A stretch of 64,000 nucleotides of DNA from Terriglobia bacterium (GCA_963840615.1 CAWJAA010000045.1:12544-76543), one strand, 5' to 3'; shown: positions 1 through 10,996, counted from the first letter of the stretch. The notes: generated by a model from the letters alone, not told the origin. Program-made: numbers and translations.

Positions 1-229
1 GCGAGCCATGGGAGCGCAAGTGGAGGAACTGGAAGACGGCTTGAAGATTCCCGGTGGACAAAACCTGCGCGGCGCGGAGATTGATTCCCTCGGCGATCAC
101 CGCATCGCCATGGCCTTCGCCATCGCCGCTCTACGCGCCCAGGGCCAGACCCTCATTCACGGAGCCAACGCAGCCGTTATCTCCTATCCAGGTTTTTTCG
201 ACGCACTCGAAAGCGTAGCCCGGCGCTGA
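1..229 (+). CDS. aroA: 3-phosphoshikimate 1-carboxyvinyltransferase (EPSP synthase), C-terminal fragment running off the left edge
   Basis: Frame is open to position 1. The tail ..[36 protein letters not shown] carries the conserved AroA C-terminal GDHRxAM block. Stop TGA at 227-229. Confidence 0.85.
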   Translation, partial: RAMGAQVEELEDGLKIPGGQNLRGAEIDSLGDHRIAMAFAIAALRAQGQTLIHGANAAVISYPGFFDALESVARR

Positions 230-264
230 AAACGAGCGCGGGGCGCCGCAGCGCGGATCGCAGA

Positions 265-311
265 GGGGAGGACGGTCTGGCTTTACCGTCCGTCCCCGGC
301 GACCTGTTTTT
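265..311 (+). terminator. hairpin between convergent aroA and the 318..921 gene, possible terminator
   Basis: GGGGAGGACGG (265-275) pairs with CCGTCCGTCCCC (286-297): 11 bp with one bulge and a 10-nt loop. The T5 run at 306-310 is somewhat distant from the stem. Confidence 0.35.
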
Positions 312-317
312 CGCGGC

Positions 318-921
318 CTAATTCAGCTTCTGGCTCTTTCCGTCATACTTCACATCGCCGGTTGCCTGATTGAACCGGTCGATGTCGGCATTAGTGTAAG
401 TCCGCGAAGCCTTCTTCGCCGGTCCCGCGCTGGCCATCAGCCGGGTTACACTCTGGCCGCTCTCGAACCATGCGATGCCCACGTCCACGTGCCGCATGCG
501 TTCCTCGTGCATCGCCCCGGGTTCGCGCATCCCGCCGTGCATCTCTATCTCTATTTCCGCGCTCGTGGCGAATTTCCATCGCAGCTCCGTGGTGCGCACC
601 GGGCTTGGGGCCGTACCATACCGGCACCGTATAAACTCCCACTGGAGGCGGCGTCATGATCTCCAGGGTGGAGTTTCTCGCTCCTGCCACATTTCCAAAG
701 GTTGCATTGCTTGCACCCACCGACGCAGGCGACACCGCCTCCAGCGAAACTTCAGGCGTCACCACCAGGGGGACAAACGGAGCGGCATAGACTCCGTAGG
801 GCGGTGCCCAATTGCTGGCATATCCGCCAATCGTGGTGGCTTGCGCCGCGGCAAAACCGGTGAGCAGGAGAACCAGAGAGAGAGACTTCAGTGGACCCAT
901 ACTTCCTCCTAGAACCTTCAA
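318..921 (-). pseudogene. secreted hypothetical protein, apparently split by a 1-nt frameshift (ORFs 391..921 and 318..599)
   Basis: The 5' ORF has a Sec signal (MGPLKSLSLVLLLTGFAAAQA) and a plausible mature region up to ..VPVWYGP, then turns Arg/Asp-rich. The overlapping frame continues plausibly (..RTTELRWKFATSAEIEIEMHGG..KYDGKSQKLN). The switch maps near the G4/C4 run at 607-610. Confidence 0.4.
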
Positions 922-1070
922 GGAAAACTTGAGAGTCGAGGGTTGTCACGCAGCACGCCCTCCGCGACCGGAAGAGAAATCTGGATCAGGAGGGAAGGGG
1001 CCCTGGGTGAACTTCCCTGGCGACTACGATGGCATCTTACACCCGAAAAGCCTTGTCTGGCGCGGGTTTT

Positions 1071-2096
1071 CTAGCTTCCTACGTAGCGGGCGTAGAGACT
1101 TCGGGCCACGGCGGTGTCGGTTGTACCCTTAATAATCGCTCGGCCATCGGGAAATAGCGTCATTTCATAGGGTTCGTGCCAGAACTTCAGTACAAAATCA
1201 TTGTGGCGCACGCGGCCATGAGGCTTCAGCCGTGCTTCCATTTCGGCAAGGTCGAGGGGCCGGTGCTGTTCGTGGATCTGCACCGAGTTTCGTCCGCATA
1301 AGGTGATATGCGGACGCCCTTGGCCGGCGAGATGCACAAAGTCCCGTTCCGCGCACGCCCGGCAGCCCGTCCTGGGATGGTCCGCCGCCACCTCGGCGCG
1401 CTCGTTCCGCCACACGTCAAACGACAGGAGCGTCCTTCTCAAACAGTCCTCAGCGCCCACCAACAGCTTCAAAGCTTCCGTCGTCGCAATCGAAGCGGCC
1501 AGGTTCACGGCTGAATTCAGAATGCCCGAGGTTTCGCAGGTTTCCACGGCCCCCCGCGGGGCATCCGGGAAGATGCACGCCAGGCAAGCGGTCCGCCCCG
1601 GCAGTACATTCAGGGTGACTCCGTAGCTTCCCACCGCCGCCGTATAGATCCACGGCAGCGAGTGCTGCACCGCGAAATCGTTGATCAGATAGCGGGTCTC
1701 GAAGTTGTCGGTGCCGTCCAGCACCAGTTCCATTCCGGCGAGCAGCGCTTCAATATTGTCCGGGGTAAGATCCGCGACCTGCGGTTCCACCACGATCTGC
1801 GAGTTGAACGCTGCAATCTTCCGCGCCGCCGCGATCGCCTTGGGCATTGATTCCTTCGCGTCAGCCTCGTCGAACAGCGATTGCCGCTGCAGATTACTGG
1901 GCTCAACGTAGTCGCGATCGATAATCCTGAGGGTGCCGGCCCCAGCTCTGCCCAGCAGGGAAGCGATCGCCGACCCGGTCGCGCCGCAGCCGACCACGGC
2001 CACCCGTGCCGACCCGAGCCGTCGCTGTCCTTCCCGACCGATGCCCGGGAACAGCACCTGCCGCGAATAACGTTCATCACCTGCCAAAGAGATCAC
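1071..2096 (-). CDS. ThiF/MoeB/HesA-family E1-like adenylyltransferase with a C-terminal extension
   Basis: N-terminal RYSRQ..FPGIG..GQ..L..ARVAVVGCGATGS Rossmann/ATP motif, DRDYVEPSNLQRQ block and CxxC pairs (CLAC, CRAC), all typical of ThiF/MoeB. About 90 extra C-terminal residues. Confidence 0.85.
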   Translation of the reverse strand: MISLAGDERYSRQVLFPGIGREGQRRLGSARVAVVGCGATGSAIASLLGRAGAGTLRIIDRDYVEPSNLQRQSLFDEADAKESMPKAIAAARKIAAFNSQIVVEPQVADLTPDNIEALLAGMELVLDGTDNFETRYLINDFAVQHSLPWIYTAAVGSYGVTLNVLPGRTACLACIFPDAPRGAVETCETSGILNSAVNLAASIATTEALKLLVGAEDCLRRTLLSFDVWRNERAEVAADHPRTGCRACAERDFVHLAGQGRPHITLCGRNSVQIHEQHRPLDLAEMEARLKPHGRVRHNDFVLKFWHEPYEMTLFPDGRAIIKGTTDTAVARSLYARYVGS

Positions 2097-2248
2097 CAGT
2101 TCCGCTCCAAACCTTTATTATAGGTGCGGCCCGATTCCGCCAGGAGGAAGAAGGCGCAGCGACAGGAATCGGTCCGCACAAGACAACATTGCCCTACAAC
2201 CGTTCATCGAAACCATTAAGCGTACACGAACGCCTCAAGGGAGCCCGT

Positions 2249-5200
2249 TTGCGAGCAGGGGGAGTACTGTTGATCGCTCTGGCTGGGCTGAGCCTCGTGC
2301 CGGCCGCTCATTCGCAAGCCCCGCCGTCCCCCGTCCCCGCTCAGAAAAATGTGGAACAGTTCCCTTCGGCCTCCGGGCCATCGTCATATCAGGGGCTCAC
2401 GGTTCACGAGATTCGCTTTCCCGGGCTTTCCGACAGCGATCAGAAACTGATGGAGGAGTTGATTCCCCAGAAGTCCGGAGAACCTTTCGACCGCGACAAA
2501 CTCCGCCAGAGCATGCAGGTTCTGCACGGCACCGGGCGCTATGCCGACATTCGCGTCGAAGCCGACCGTACTTTCGAGGGTGACGTGTCTCTCGCCTTTG
2601 TCACCGAACCCAACTACTTTGTCGGCGACATTCGCGTCCAGGGAAATCCGGGCCGCCCGACCGCGAACCAGACGGTCAACGCCTCCAAGCTGCAACTGGG
2701 AGAGCCGTTCAGCAAAGAAAAGCTGGATCGTGCTCATACCAACATTCAGCGGCTGATGCAGGAAAACGGCTACTACAAGTCTACGGTTACCGATGACGAG
2801 CGCCGGAATGCCGAGACCCAGCAGGTGGCCATTCTTTTTCGCCTCCGGCCCGGTCCCCAGGCTCACGTGGGACGCGTCAATGTGACCGGGAGCCCAACCT
2901 ACTCCGAAGGACAGGTTCAAGATATTGCCAAGCTGCACCCGGGCGACACCGTCTCGGCCCAGCGCGTCAGCAATGCTCTCGACCGTCTGCGTAAGAAATT
3001 TCAGAAAAAGAATCGCTTGCTGGCGCAAGTGGCCATCACCAACCGCATTTACCACCCGGATAGCAACGCCGTCGATTACACCCTCAGCGTCGAGCCCGGT
3101 CCTACCGTCGACATCGTGGTCGAAGGCGCCAAGGTCAGCCGCGGCCAGCTGAAACGAAGCATCCCCGTCTACGAGGAGAACGCCCTCGACGATGACCTGC
3201 TCAACGAAGGCCGCCGCAATCTGCTGAACTACCTTCAGACCCAGGGTTATTTCGACGCCAAGGTGGGATTCAAGAAACACACGGATGCCCAGGACAATGA
3301 ACTCCGTGTCACCTACATCGTCGATCAAGGTGCCAGCCACAAGCTGATGAAGGTCCAAATCAGCGGGAACAAGTATTTCGGCAATGATGTGCTCCTTCCC
3401 CGCATGTTGGTGCAGCCTGCCAGCCGCCTGTTTTCTCACGGCCGGTACAACCAGAGGTTGCTCAGCAACGACGTTAGCGGTCTCGAGAACCTGTACCGCA
3501 CCAACGGTTTCCAGCAGGTGAAGGTTTCCAGCAACGTGCTCGACAACTATAACGGCCAGCCCAATGCGCTGGCGGTCGAAATCAAGATCGACGAAGGTGC
3601 GCAGACCCTGGTGGGAGCCCTACATATCGAAGGCGATCAGGCCGTGCCGGAAGATCAGTTCCCGCCTCTGAACACCTCGCCGGGCCAGCCTTTCTCCGAG
3701 TCGAACGTGGCGTCGGATCGAGACATTCTCCTGAACTTCTATTTCAACAACGGCTTCCCCAACGCCACCTTTGACGCTACCGCCAAACCCGCGCCCGACC
3801 CACCCAATCATATGGATGTCACCTACAACCTGCATGAAGGCGAACGCATATTCGTCAGCAAGGTCCTGATCTCGGGCCTGTACTATACGAAGCCTTTCGT
3901 CATCGAGCGCGAAGTGAAGGTGAAGGACGGGGCCCCTCTCAGCCAACTCCGGATGCTCAAAACGCAACAGAGTCTGTATGACCTGGGTATCTTCAGTCAG
4001 GTGGATACGGCGGTGCAGAATCCCGACGGCAAGGAGCCGAAAAAAAATGTCCTGGTCGATGTGCAGGAAGCCAAGCGATACACCTTCAACTACGGTATTG
4101 GACTGGAATTCCAGACCGGAACTCCGAACGTGGGCACCACTGAACCCCAGGGCGCCATGGGCGTCAGCCCCCGAGTTTCACTGGATGTGACCCGGCTCAA
4201 CTTTCGCGGCCTCGACCACACCGTCACCTTCAAGGGGCACGTCGGACGCTTGCAGCAGCGCGCACTGGTCAGCTACGACGCGCCGCGCTGGTTTAATAAT
4301 CCCGATTGGCGCCTGACCCTCACCGCCTTCTATGACAACACGCTCGACGTAACCACTTTTACTTCGCAGCGACTGGAAGGCTCGGTGCAAGCGGGCGAGA
4401 CCCTTAGCAAGGCCAGTACCATGTTCTACCGCTTCACCTATCGCCGGGTGAAAGCTACCAACATCGAGGTCACCCAGGACCTTATTCCCTTATTCTCACT
4501 GCCCACCCGCGTGGGTATGCCCGGCTTTACCTATATTCGTGACAAGCGCGACAATCCACTTGAATCCACCAAGGGGAACTACACCACCATCGACGGCGGC
4601 GTGGCCTCCGGGATATTCGGCTCCGAAGCCGATTTCAGTCGCGCGCTCATTCAAAACACCACTTACCACGCATTCGGCAAAAATCGTCCTCTGGAGAAGA
4701 AGTTCGTTTTCGCTCGCTCGACCCGCATTGGCGTGGAAAACAATCTCGGAAATACCTACATCCTGAATCCCGGGGAGCCCTGTCCTCACGGACTGACCAG
4801 TTGCGCCGTTATCCCTTTGCCGGAACGATTCTTCTCCGGCGGCGGCAATACCAATCGCGGGTTCGGACTGAACCAGGCCGGTCCCCGTGACCCGACCACC
4901 GGCTTTCCCCTGGGCGGGGCAGCCGTCTTCGTGAACAATCTGGAACTGCGTTTCCCGCCGGCCAACTTGCCTTATTTCCAGGATAATCTCAGCTTTGCCA
5001 TTTTCGAGGATGCGGGCAACGTGTTTACCGCGGGACACGACATGATCCACAGCCTGCTGCAGTGGTCGCAGCCCAACTCGGGGCTGTGCCGTCAGGCCAG
5101 CACTCGAAACCAGTGCGACTATAACTACATTTCCCACGCCATCGGCGTCGGGGTGCGTTACAAAACACCGATTGGCCCGGTCCGCTTCGATTTCGGATAC

Positions 5201-5353
5201 AATCTCAATCCGCCATATTTTCCCAGTTGTCAGTCGACGGCGCCCGAAAGCAATTCGCAGACGACTTGGTTTTGTCCGACGAGTACTCCGTACTTTAACG
5301 GGCAACGCGTGGGCCATTTCAACGTGTACTTTAGTATTGGGCAGACTTTCTGA
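2249..5353 (+). CDS. bamA: outer membrane protein assembly factor BamA (POTRA repeats plus Omp85 barrel)
   Basis: Signal peptide RAGGVLLIALAGLSLVPAAHS, repeated POTRA-like segments, and a C-terminal barrel with GGxxxxRGF and a terminal aromatic (..FSIGQTF). The track ORF starts at 2006. I place the start at TTG 2249, after a GGGAG RBS; this start is uncertain. Confidence 0.85.
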   Translation: MRAGGVLLIALAGLSLVPAAHSQAPPSPVPAQKNVEQFPSASGPSSYQGLTVHEIRFPGLSDSDQKLMEELIPQKSGEPFDRDKLRQSMQVLHGTGRYADIRVEADRTFEGDVSLAFVTEPNYFVGDIRVQGNPGRPTANQTVNASKLQLGEPFSKEKLDRAHTNIQRLMQENGYYKSTVTDDERRNAETQQVAILFRLRPGPQAHVGRVNVTGSPTYSEGQVQDIAKLHPGDTVSAQRVSNALDRLRKKFQKKNRLLAQVAITNRIYHPDSNAVDYTLSVEPGPTVDIVVEGAKVSRGQLKRSIPVYEENALDDDLLNEGRRNLLNYLQTQGYFDAKVGFKKHTDAQDNELRVTYIVDQGASHKLMKVQISGNKYFGNDVLLPRMLVQPASRLFSHGRYNQRLLSNDVSGLENLYRTNGFQQVKVSSNVLDNYNGQPNALAVEIKIDEGAQTLVGALHIEGDQAVPEDQFPPLNTSPGQPFSESNVASDRDILLNFYFNNGFPNATFDATAKPAPDPPNHMDVTYNLHEGERIFVSKVLISGLYYTKPFVIEREVKVKDGAPLSQLRMLKTQQSLYDLGIFSQVDTAVQNPDGKEPKKNVLVDVQEAKRYTFNYGIGLEFQTGTPNVGTTEPQGAMGVSPRVSLDVTRLNFRGLDHTVTFKGHVGRLQQRALVSYDAPRWFNNPDWRLTLTAFYDNTLDVTTFTSQRLEGSVQAGETLSKASTMFYRFTYRRVKATNIEVTQDLIPLFSLPTRVGMPGFTYIRDKRDNPLESTKGNYTTIDGGVASGIFGSEADFSRALIQNTTYHAFGKNRPLEKKFVFARSTRIGVENNLGNTYILNPGEPCPHGLTSCAVIPLPERFFSGGGNTNRGFGLNQAGPRDPTTGFPLGGAAVFVNNLELRFPPANLPYFQDNLSFAIFEDAGNVFTAGHDMIHSLLQWSQPNSGLCRQASTRNQCDYNYISHAIGVGVRYKTPIGPVRFDFGYNLNPPYFPSCQSTAPESNSQTTWFCPTSTPYFNGQRVGHFNVYFSIGQTF

Positions 5354-6044
5354 TGCGGCGAAGATTTTCCATCCTTACGTGTCTGGCGGCGCTGCTGACT
5401 TCGCCGCCTGGCCGGCGTTGGCCGGCGAAATCGTCGATCGCATTGTCGCCACCGTCAACGGTCATGTCATTCTCCAAAGTGACTGGGAAGACGCTCTCTG
5501 CTATGAAGCCTTCGTCGCCGGACGCCCCCTCGACCAGATCACCGCGGAAGACCGGAAAGGCGCGCTCGACCGTCTGATTGACCAGGAATTGCTGCGCGAG
5601 CAGATGCAATCTTCCGATTTTCAGCATGCCACGGTCCCGCAAGTCGAATCTCGCATCGCCGAGGTTCGCAACCAGTATCCCGAAGCTGGAACCAATTCGG
5701 CCTGGCAGGCCCTGCTGGTGCGTTACGGGCTTACCGAGAGCGAACTGAAAAACCGAGTCGGGCTCGAACTCGATCTTCTGCGGTTGGTCGATGCCCGGCT
5801 GCGTCCTTCGGTGCAGATCGATTCAAACAGCATCGAGAGCTATTACAACCGGGAATTGCTGCCCCAGCTTCGTGAAAAAGGGGCGCGCGAGGCTCCCTTG
5901 TCCGAAGTCACCCCCAAAATTCGCGAACTGCTTACCCAGCAGAAGATGAATCAACTGCTGACCGCCTGGCTGCAGAATCTTCGCGCCAGCAGTGAAATCC
6001 GAACGCAGGCTCCCTGGCCCTCCTCCACCCCGCAGGCCCGATGA
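5353..6044 (+). CDS. SurA N-terminal-domain-like periplasmic chaperone; the 5' end is possibly frameshifted
   Basis: The body (EIVDRIVATVNGHVILQSDWE...LLTQQKMNQLLTAWLQNLRASSEI) resembles the SurA/PpiD N-terminal chaperone domain. A good signal peptide (MRRRFSILTCLAALLTSP, ATG 5353) lies in a different frame from the body. The in-frame alternative start is GTG 5379, which has no signal peptide. Confidence 0.6.
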
Positions 6045-9000
6045 TGGACTCCGGCGCCAAGCCGAAACCCCGGAAGCTTTGGCGGTATCTGCTTGTCGCC
6101 GCTGGCATGGCTTGCCTCCTGGTCGGAACTGCCGCCTGGTACGTCACCACCGATTCCTTTCAGCAGATGGTGCGCCGGCGCCTGGTCGTCGAACTCGAAC
6201 GCATTACCGGAGGGCGCGTCGATCTGGGGAGCATTCATACCATTCCCATGCAGTTCCGAGTCGACGTTCGTGACCTCACGATTCATGGCACCGAGGGACC
6301 CAGCCAGGTGCCTTATGTTCACCTCGACCGCATGCTCGCACAGGTCAAAGTGATCTCCATCCTGGGAACCGAGTTCGGTTTCGATTCGCTGATCATCGAA
6401 CACCCGGTGGTTCACATCATCCTTTATCCAGACGGCTCTACCAACCAACCGGAACCCAGGCAAAAATCCACCGCGATAGAGAATCCCGTCGAGCGTCTTT
6501 TTGCCATCTCCATCAATCGTCTCGAAGTACGACGCGGGGAATTTCTGTGGAACGACCAGAAGTACCCCGTGGAGTTTGTCGTGAACGACATTTCTTCCGA
6601 CATGACCTACTCCTTTCTTCACCGGCGTTACGAGACCAACGTCCTGCTGGGGAAAGCCGACACTTGGCTGCCCGACTATCGCCCTATCTCCTGGACCGCC
6701 GAAGCTCATTTCACCCTCAGCAAGAACAGCGTCGAAGTGAAGTCTTTGAAGGCCACTTCGGGACGCTCGCATTTGCTCGCCAGCGGCCGCGTGGATGACT
6801 TCCACCAGCCCCGGCTCGATGCCAACTACGACGCCAGCATTGACCTCATGGAAGCCGGCGCCATCCTCCGCCAGCCCCAACTTCGCCGCGGCGCGCTGCA
6901 GACGACCGGGCACGGGACCTGGTCGTTTTCCAACTTCGGTTCAACCGGAAAGCTGCTGCTCAAGGACTTCGACTGGAAAAACGAACCCGTCGATCTGCGC
7001 AACGCATCCGTCACTACCCAGTACTCGATCACTCCGCAGCGGCTCACTCTCACGCAGATTGACGCTCGCCTGCTTGGCGGCAGCGCCATCGGCGACGTCG
7101 ACGTCACCAACTGGCTCAATGCCGCTCCTGCAGGCGAAGCTTCCGAAAGGGAAAAAACCGGAAGAACAGCAGGGAATCCTCCGCCTTCGTTGGCGAAGCA
7201 TTTCCGCGAAAGAACTGGCGGCCGTGTTTTCCACGCGCAAACATCCTCTGAACCGGCTGAACCTCGCAGGCGCCGCCGCGGGTACGATCGAAACTCGCTG
7301 GAAGGGCTCTCTGCGCAACGCGGAAAGCAGCTTCGCGATCGATCTCTCGTCACCCGCCATCGTGGGTCCGCAGGAAATGCCGGTGAAGGCCCATGCTCGC
7401 GGCGTCTACCGCGCGCTGTCGGGCGAGCTCGAGATGGCGGAATTCAACGCCAACACGCGCGCTACCCAGGTTCAGGCCAGCGGTGTGCTCTCCTCGCGGG
7501 CCGCTCTCAAGTTTTCAGTGAATACCACCGACCTCGCGGAGTGGCAGCCCATGCTCGTGGCCCTGGGCAGCGATACCCGAATTCCCATCACTCTCCAGGG
7601 ACGCGCCGCCTTCAACGGCACTGCCACGGGAAAGCTCACGGACCCCACCGTGGCGGGCGAACTTCAAGTCGAAGACTTCAACACCCGGCTGCCGGCCGCG
7701 GCACACCGTCCCGAGCAAACCGTTCATTGGGAATTTGCGAAGGCCGATCTGGTGTTTTCGCAACGCGGCGTTTCCGCTCGCAATGGGCTGTTGCACCACG
7801 GCGAGACCTTTGTCCGTTTCGATGGCAGCGCCAATTTGCAGCGGGGAGAGTTTACCGATTCCAGCCCGTTTAATGCCCGTATCAACCTGCACAAGGTAGA
7901 TGTTGCCGAGATACTGGCCCTCACCGGCTACGACTATCCCGCCCGGGGCGCCATGAATCTCTCCATATTGGCTGGGGGGACGCGGGGCGAGCCCCACGCC
8001 GAGGGCCACGTGCAACTCACCGACGCCGTCATTTACGGCGAGCCGGTCGAGCACTTTGAAGCCGACCTGCACTACAGTGGCGGCGAAGCCCAGTTCAACA
8101 ATATTCAACTTGCCCATTACGACGCCCGCGTGACCGGAGGCGCAACCTACAATCCCTCCAGTCGCGCCTTTCACTTCAATCTCACCGGCACCAACTTCGA
8201 CCTCACCCGCATCCCGCTTCTGGAGATTACGCGCGTCAAGGTTGAGGGCCGTGCCGACTTCACCGCCGCCGGTTCGGGAACGATCGCGGAACCTGTAGTC
8301 AACGCCACTTTCCACATTCGTGACCTCACGCTCGACCACGAGCGCGCCGGCAACTTCACCATCGAGTGCGTCACGCAGGGCGCTGATCTTGCTCTTAAAG
8401 GACAATCCCAGTTCGAACACGCCGAACTCCACATCGACGGCAAGGTGCATCTTCGCGAAGATTGGTCCTCCTCCATCGCTTTGCACTTCGATCATCTCGA
8501 CGTCGACTCGCTGCTGCGCACCTACCTCCATGGCCGCATCATCGGTCACTCCGCCACCGCCGGCGACGTACAACTGCAGGGCCCGCTGCGCAAGCCGCAG
8601 GAAATCGGCGTCACCGGCAATTTGACCGACCTTTACGCCGACATCGAGAACATCGAGATTCGCAACGACGGTCCGGTGCGCTTTTCTTTCAACCGCCAGC
8701 AGTTCAAGCTCGATCAGTTCCACCTGGTCGGGGAGGGAACCGATGTCTCCGCTACCGGTTCCATCGAACTGGCTGCCGACCGCCACCTCGACCTGCGCGC
8801 GCAAGGCAAAGTGAATCTGCACCTCATCGAAACTTTCAACCCCGACTTCACCTCCTCGGGCGTGGTGGCCGTCGACGCCAGCATCGGAGGTACTCTGTCC
8901 AAGCCGGTGACTCAGGGGAAGGTGCAGATCACCAGCGGTTCGATCGCCTACATTGGTCTTCCCAGCGCACTCAGCGAGATCAACGGGTCTTTGCTGTTTA

Positions 9001-10083
9001 GCCAGAACCGGCTGCAGATCGAAACCCTTACGGCTCACACCGGCGGCGGATTGGTCACTTTTGGCGGCTACGCCACTTCCTACAACCGCCAGGTTAATTT
9101 CGATCTCACCGTCTCCGGGCAGGGAGTTCGGCTGCGCTATCCGCCCGGCATCAGTTCTACCGCCGATGCCGAGCTGCATTGGGTAGGCAGTAACCTAGCT
9201 TCCTTGCTTTCTGGCGACATCACCGTCAACAAGCTGTCCATCACCCCCGGATTCGACTTCGGCGCCGCTCTCGAAAGCTCTTCGCAGCAGGCGGCCTTGC
9301 CGCAAACCAACCCCGTGCTGAACCGCATTCGGCTCGACCTGCGCATTGTCACCGCTCCCGAATTGCAGATGCAGACGGCCAGTGTCCGGCTTTCCGGAGA
9401 TGCCGACCTGCGTCTTCGCGGCTCTGCCGCCAAACCAGTCCTCCTGGGACGTGCCGACATTCTCGAAGGCGAAGCCTATTTCAACGGCTCCAAGTACCGC
9501 CTGGAACGCGGAGACGTCACGTTCACCAGTCCGGTGGCGACCACCCCCGTCCTCGACCTTCAGGCTTCCACCCGCATCCGCGATTATGATGTCACGCTTT
9601 CCATTAATGGCGATCCCACCAAACCCAACGGCTTGCATGTAACCTACCGCTCCGAGCCTCCGCTGCCGGAAGCCGACATCATTACTTTGCTCGCGTTAGG
9701 CCGCACCCAGGAAGAAGCCGCCCAGTTGCAACAGTCCGGGACAGTCCTCGCTGGGCCAGGAAGCGTCCAGTGCCATCATCGCTGAAGCGCTCAACGCTAC
9801 CGTCAGCAATCGCGTGCAGCGCCTGTTCGGCGTCAGTCGTATCAAAATCGATCCCCAGGGTCTGAGCACAACCGAAACCAACCTCGCCCGCGGGCCGCAA
9901 GTCACCATCGAACAGCAGGTGACTAACAACTTGACTCTCACCTACAGCACCAGCGTCTCGCAGACCACGCAACAGATCATCCAGGCGGAATACAACGTCA
10001 CCCGCAACGTATCCATCGTTGCCATCCGCGATCAGAACGGCGTCGTCAGCATCGATGTCCGCTTCCGCACCCGCCGCAAGTAG
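6041..10083 (+). pseudogene. tamB: TamB/AsmA-like translocation-and-assembly-module protein, read as three consecutive ORFs (6041.., ..9785, 9814..10083) with two frame changes
   Basis: N-terminal membrane anchor (WRYLLVAAGMACLLVGTAAWY), then a long beta-rich repetitive body. The last ORF holds the typical DUF490/TamB C-terminus (..VTIEQQVTNNLTLTYSTSVSQ..NVSIVAIRDQNGVVSIDVRFR). Sensible translation changes frame near 7110-7160 and near 9735-9750. Confidence 0.7.
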
Positions 10084-10219
10084 GAAGGTGTGGGGAGAGG
10101 CGGCCTCGCCCGTCCCGGTGTTCTTGGGTGCGGCGACAGCCCTTCAGGAACCGGCGTATTCTGAGCTTCACGTGGCCGTCAATCCCAAGCCTGATGCCTT
10201 CGCTGTTGATCGCCACCGC

Positions 10220-10840
10220 ATGGTCGAAACCCAGCTCCGCGCCCGCGGCATACGCGACGTTCGCGTGCTTGACGCCATGGACCGTGTCCCTCGTCATCTA
10301 TTCGTGCCCGAGAACTACCGCGCCCAGGCCTACGAAGATCACCCTATTCCCATCGGTGAGAACCAGACCATCTCTCAACCCCTGATCGTCGCCATCACGC
10401 TCGATGCTCTGGCTCTGGCTCCCGGCGACACCGTACTGGAGATCGGCACCGGCTCGGGATATCAAACCGCTCTGCTTGCCGGAATTGTTCGCCGCGTCTA
10501 CTCCATCGAACGTCACGCCTCTCTCGCTGGGCAAGCAGAAAAGACGCTGCTTCGACTCGGCTTCCGCAACGTTACAGTGGTCACCGGAGACGGCAGCCAT
10601 GGGCTCGCCGACTATGCCCCCTTCGACGCGATCGCAGTATCCGCCGCCGCCCCGCAAATCCCCACCTCGCTGTTTCAACAGCTGAAGGAGGATGGCCGCA
10701 TGGTGATTCCTATCGGTCCAGAAGCAGCCCAGCAGTTACAGTTGGTGCGCAAGACGCAAGGCGTTCCGGCAATTACGGTCCTGGAACCCTGCCGATTCGT
10801 CCCCCTGATCGGCACCGAAGCCTACCCCTCGGGCTGGTAG
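10220..10840 (+). CDS. pcm: protein-L-isoaspartate O-methyltransferase
   Basis: VPRHLFVP....AYED.PIPIGENQTISQP, the SAM motif VLEIGTGSGYQTALLA, and GDG..G....PFDAI all match Pcm. Start taken at ATG 10220 (206 aa). GTG 10088 is an alternative start. Confidence 0.85.
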   Translation: MVETQLRARGIRDVRVLDAMDRVPRHLFVPENYRAQAYEDHPIPIGENQTISQPLIVAITLDALALAPGDTVLEIGTGSGYQTALLAGIVRRVYSIERHASLAGQAEKTLLRLGFRNVTVVTGDGSHGLADYAPFDAIAVSAAAPQIPTSLFQQLKEDGRMVIPIGPEAAQQLQLVRKTQGVPAITVLEPCRFVPLIGTEAYPSGW

Positions 10841-10996
10841 CGAAAGCTCCAAAAGTAGCGCCGGCCAGCCCAGCCATGTGCCCCGCAGCTGTTCTCCGCG
10901 GCTTCAGCGTTGATAAGATTCTCCGCGCGCTTTGTCGTTCAGCGCTCTTGATGTTCCCCGAAGGCTGAAGCCCGAAGCCTCGTTTACAATCTTCTC

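Noticed and set aside
2006-2248. N-terminal extensions of track ORFs (bamA from 2006, pcm from 10019, permease from 14459, glpX to 25007, rSAM to 27484, UbiD from 27310, kinase to 52300, DUF1111 from 31355)
   Set aside because: The extended regions translate to Arg/Pro-rich junk, overlap neighbouring genes or promoters, and precede internal starts that have RBS-like sequences and family-typical N-termini.
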